Assembly (NCBI GenBank): GCA_030704615.1
Contig: CM060733.1
Span: 41,230,001-41,294,000 of the forward strand
Reading direction: 5' to 3'
DNA length: 64,000 nt
Origin: Takakia lepidozioides
Taxonomy: Eukaryota; Plantae; Bryophyta
This document shows, piece by piece, positions 60,863 to 64,000 of this stretch; position 1 is the stretch's first letter; the number at the start of each line of letters is the position of its first letter. A model generated the notes under the pieces. It ran no database searches. It was given only the letters and a program-made list of their open reading frames with translations, and was not told where the DNA came from. A program made the translations under genes and the position numbers.

Positions 60863-62555
60863 CTTTTCTCTGTCACCACTTTTGTTGCATGTTGGAAGCT
60901 GGGATCCTGCTCCTAGGACTTTGCATGGTGGGAAAATTGTCACCATTCATCTAAAGTATCCCACAATTGCAAGCTTGATCGCATAATGTAAGGTTGCCAA
61001 TTCTCAAAAATTCAGTTTTTGCTTTTGGTAATCTGTAAATTAAATCTCTCTTATCGTTAAGATTGTATATATTATAAATATCACACCACCTAGGCAAGTT
61101 TCATACAGGGAGAAGCCAAAAAGCAAGAGAGGAGAGGGCTGCCAAAGAAGAACCGGAGCAGCCAGACACAAGGGCTGAGGTAGCTAATGCTAGTGATTGA
61201 GAGAATTGACCTGTTACTGCATTGTAAGTTTCTCATTCCTTAATTTCCTATATCTCCAATGGACTTGGGAGTCTTCAGCCTCCTAGAGTTAATCTGGCTC
61301 CCATTCCCAAGGGAGCTAGACTATCCGTTGGACTCTTGATGGAGAGCTCCTGGTGCAGAGGATGCCGCCTTGTGGGGTGGAGATTGGCAAGAAGGGAAGT
61401 TCCTCAGAACACCTTGAAGACTTGTGAGAATAAATCCCCAAAGGCGAGTCATCATGGGACAACCAATCAAGCAATGTTTCATAGACTTTGTCAGCTGAGC
61501 ATGACAACAAAGCCGACATGAACCTTGAAACACCTATGGGTCACTGCGGGCATAGCTAAAAGCACGCATCAGCTTTGCCACACATTGTCTGAATGCATTT
61601 CGTCTGTCTGTTAAATGTGACCTGCTAGAGGGAAAAAGGGCAACCTTTAGAACATGGTCACAACTTGAAACAGGCTTCACTCAATTTGAACTCCCAATTG
61701 CAAGCTCAAGGTACCTTCATAATGAGAGTTTCTTGTAGTTCACTGAAGACAGTGCAGGTGTGGAAAACCTGATCAACTTGCCAGTGCATTAGCTACACCT
61801 AAGAACTTCCTTCGTAATCCCCGAGTTTGCGAAAGAGATGGTGCAAAGGGGTGGGGCCAGGACACGATTAACTTGGCAATGCCTTCCCCATCAGAGTTCT
61901 CATGCAAAATCCACAAGCAGACGACAGCTGCCTCGGGAAGCTCCCCGGAAACCTGTCCATGCACTCGCTCGTGGGGCCAGGCCAAAACCGTGATTTTTAA
62001 CTCAGTCCTGTACCGATTGCCTGGGCCTGCGTTCATGGTCTTTTTGCTAATCCATACTCAGCAGCGAGTAAGTAGTAGGACAGGGGTGCCTGGGCTGCAG
62101 CCCGGGCTAGCCGGGCTTCATGCCCTGGACACTGCGAGGTAGGTGTGGGAACATTGAGGAACAATTTTAGAGCATTTGCGGTCAGCTGCCCAGAAATGAA
62201 CGGCCGAGATCTGATGTAGGATTTCGAAGGCCACGATGTCGTCTCTCTCCTCTCCTCCGTGTCTCTTGCCTTGCCCAAGCACTCGAAGCCCGCGTGCGAC
62301 GATCCGAAAGTGTCTTCAATCCCCCTGGCCAAAAACAGCAATCTTCATCACTTGTAATGGACTGTACAGCTGCTCATCTGTTATGGGCAGGCATATTAGG
62401 GTGTCATTGTTATGAAGTCAATGTCAGTGGGAGCTGTGGACTGAAACATTGTTAACACTTGTGAGGCTCCAAACATTGGATGCACATGTTGAAAAAGACT
62501 CTCTTACCCATCCCCCTGCAAGTCGACCAATGCCTCTTTTGGGACTTGTGGGCAT

Positions 62556-62890
62556 GTGAAGATGCTTTGTGAGGCAGGCAGACTCATAGAGGCTCTACAG
62601 ATTTTAAATCAAGGAGGAATTTCAGCAGATTCAGAGATGTATGTCCGTCTCTTGCATATGTGCATCAAGATGAAAGGCCTGGAAGCCAGAAAGCAGGTCA
62701 CATTATCGATAGTGGATTCAAGCCAAACGTTTTTCTACACAACACCCTTGTCAACATGTACGTTAAGTGTGGGAGCATCGTGGATGCTCACCAAGTGTTC
62801 CACATAATGCCTCAACGATCTTTGATCACGTGGAATGTAATGTTGGCAGGATTTACCAAGCATGGGTGTGGTACAAATGCTTTGGAGAGC
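62556..62890 (+). pseudogene. PLS-PPR gene 5' fragment, paralog of 18682-19040
   Basis: EAGRLIEALQILNQGGISADS..LLHMCIKMK and SGFKPNVFLHNTLVNMYVKCGSIVDAHQVF align closely to the 18682 ORF; frameshift at about 62700. Confidence 0.88.
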
Positions 62891-62923
62891 TATATTTATG
62901 TTTTTGGGGTTGTGGGGTAATAG

Positions 62924-63107
62924 TTGGATGCTGGGCAATTGAACATGCAGTCCCCATTAGAAAAAGATGAACAAGCCAAGGCTGCACTCATGGGGCAAAT
63001 TCAGCGGCTAACGAAACTTATTCTTATCTCTACCAAAATATCAAACACCCCTGCCCGTCACTGAAAAGCCCACTCACCGACGGCGACACTCCTATGGTGA
63101 AGAAGAG
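62924..63107 (+). pseudogene. Isolated kinesin-7 (CENP-E/MKRP-like) exon with a frameshift
   Basis: AG|LDAGQLNMQSPLEKDEQAKAALMGQIQRLTKLILISTK.../..THRRRHSYGEEE|GT matches the plant kinesin-7 neck/stalk motif. Length is 184 nt (+1 frameshift). Confidence 0.75.
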
Positions 63108-64000
63108 GTAATTCCAAAAAAAATCAGCAGTTGGATGGAAGTACATCAGTCTTCACCCTCAACAAGGATTACAATGGATGCTTGAACGTTTCATGTGAAA
63201 GCCAGCCATCATCTACAAGACTTTATATATGGACCCTCTTCACACGCCTGACTAATTCATTCATCTCTGGAATCAATGCAGTTATACAAGCTTGTTCAAG
63301 ATGAATGATCAACTATCATGCTAACAAGATTCCCTGGGTATCTGTAATTCCCATTTGATGAGAATTTTCCCTCACAATTCACATCCATCTTGCACATTGG
63401 ACACCTTGTAGGAATTCGTGGGCTTTCCCTGGAAGAGAAAGGGGTCAACTTCTCCATAGTGGAACCAGGAAATTCAGTTCATTGATAAATGACCACCACA
63501 GATATGACAGAATCTCCTAGACTTGCATGCAATTTTTTGTATAGTTTGTGGTCAAGTTTTCTGCCAATCAGAAGAGACTAAATTCACTTTAACATCAAGA
63601 ACACAGGCCAAACCCCTAGGTACTTCAGTTCACCCCAGGGAGTACTGCCTAATGAGCAGTTTTTAATTAGGTTTTAATCATCCATTTCCAGCAAGCTAAA
63701 TTCTGCCTGTAGCTGGGTTGCCATACCACCCACAGTATGACCCATCAGTAAGAAACTCTACAGGATTCAATCAGGTCTTCTGCATGGCAAAAAGCAGGCA
63801 TTACATCTGGACACTGCAACGCAGTATAGCTCTTTAAAGGAGTGGAAACAACGATCTACCACCAAACCAAAGAGAACAGCTGAGGGGGTGTTAGTGCTTG
63901 CGAGCAACACGTCGCTCATTGGGATTTCGCTGGCCACCGAAAATTGCAGCAGCATGTCTCACTTGAGAGCCCTTTCCTGTTGTCTGGATGCCAGCATGTT

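Noticed and set aside
61560-62340. Possible degenerate LINE RT fragment on the - strand
   Set aside because: Only vague resemblance, with no diagnostic motif.

Overview
Eukaryotic nuclear DNA from a transposon-rich region, most likely a non-seed land plant (inferred from spliceosomal introns, PLS-class PPR genes and plant-type IBR3/ALG11). The one clearly intact host gene is a 17-exon peroxisomal acyl-CoA dehydrogenase (IBR3/ACAD10-11 type, 51874-60862, ends in SKL). Also present: an ALG11 pseudogene, PLS-PPR and kinesin-7 fragments, an intact 805-aa orphan ORF, a Fot1-like pogo transposon, three L1/Tx1-like LINE copies (one internally deleted with a 12-bp TSD, one twin-primed), SINEs, MITEs and two Ty3/Gypsy-type retroelements. 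The main discovery is an 8.86-kb Gypsy-type retroelement (25700-34558) with no direct LTRs. Its layout is A>-gag-PR-DNMT3-like methyltransferase-RT-IN-PHD-<A' GC B>-noncoding-<B'. All four repeat ends are TGT..ACA, the internal junction is the palindrome ACA-GC-TGT, and one 4-bp TSD (TGAT) flanks the whole unit. The internal block is therefore the reverse complement of the joined right and left termini, like a DIRS internal complementary region, but on a DDE-integrase element. A second, truncated Gypsy element has a similar ACA-GG-TGT junction and the same CACAGCC repeats just downstream of its integrase. All comparisons were made by eye and no database searches were run, so novelty is unverified.
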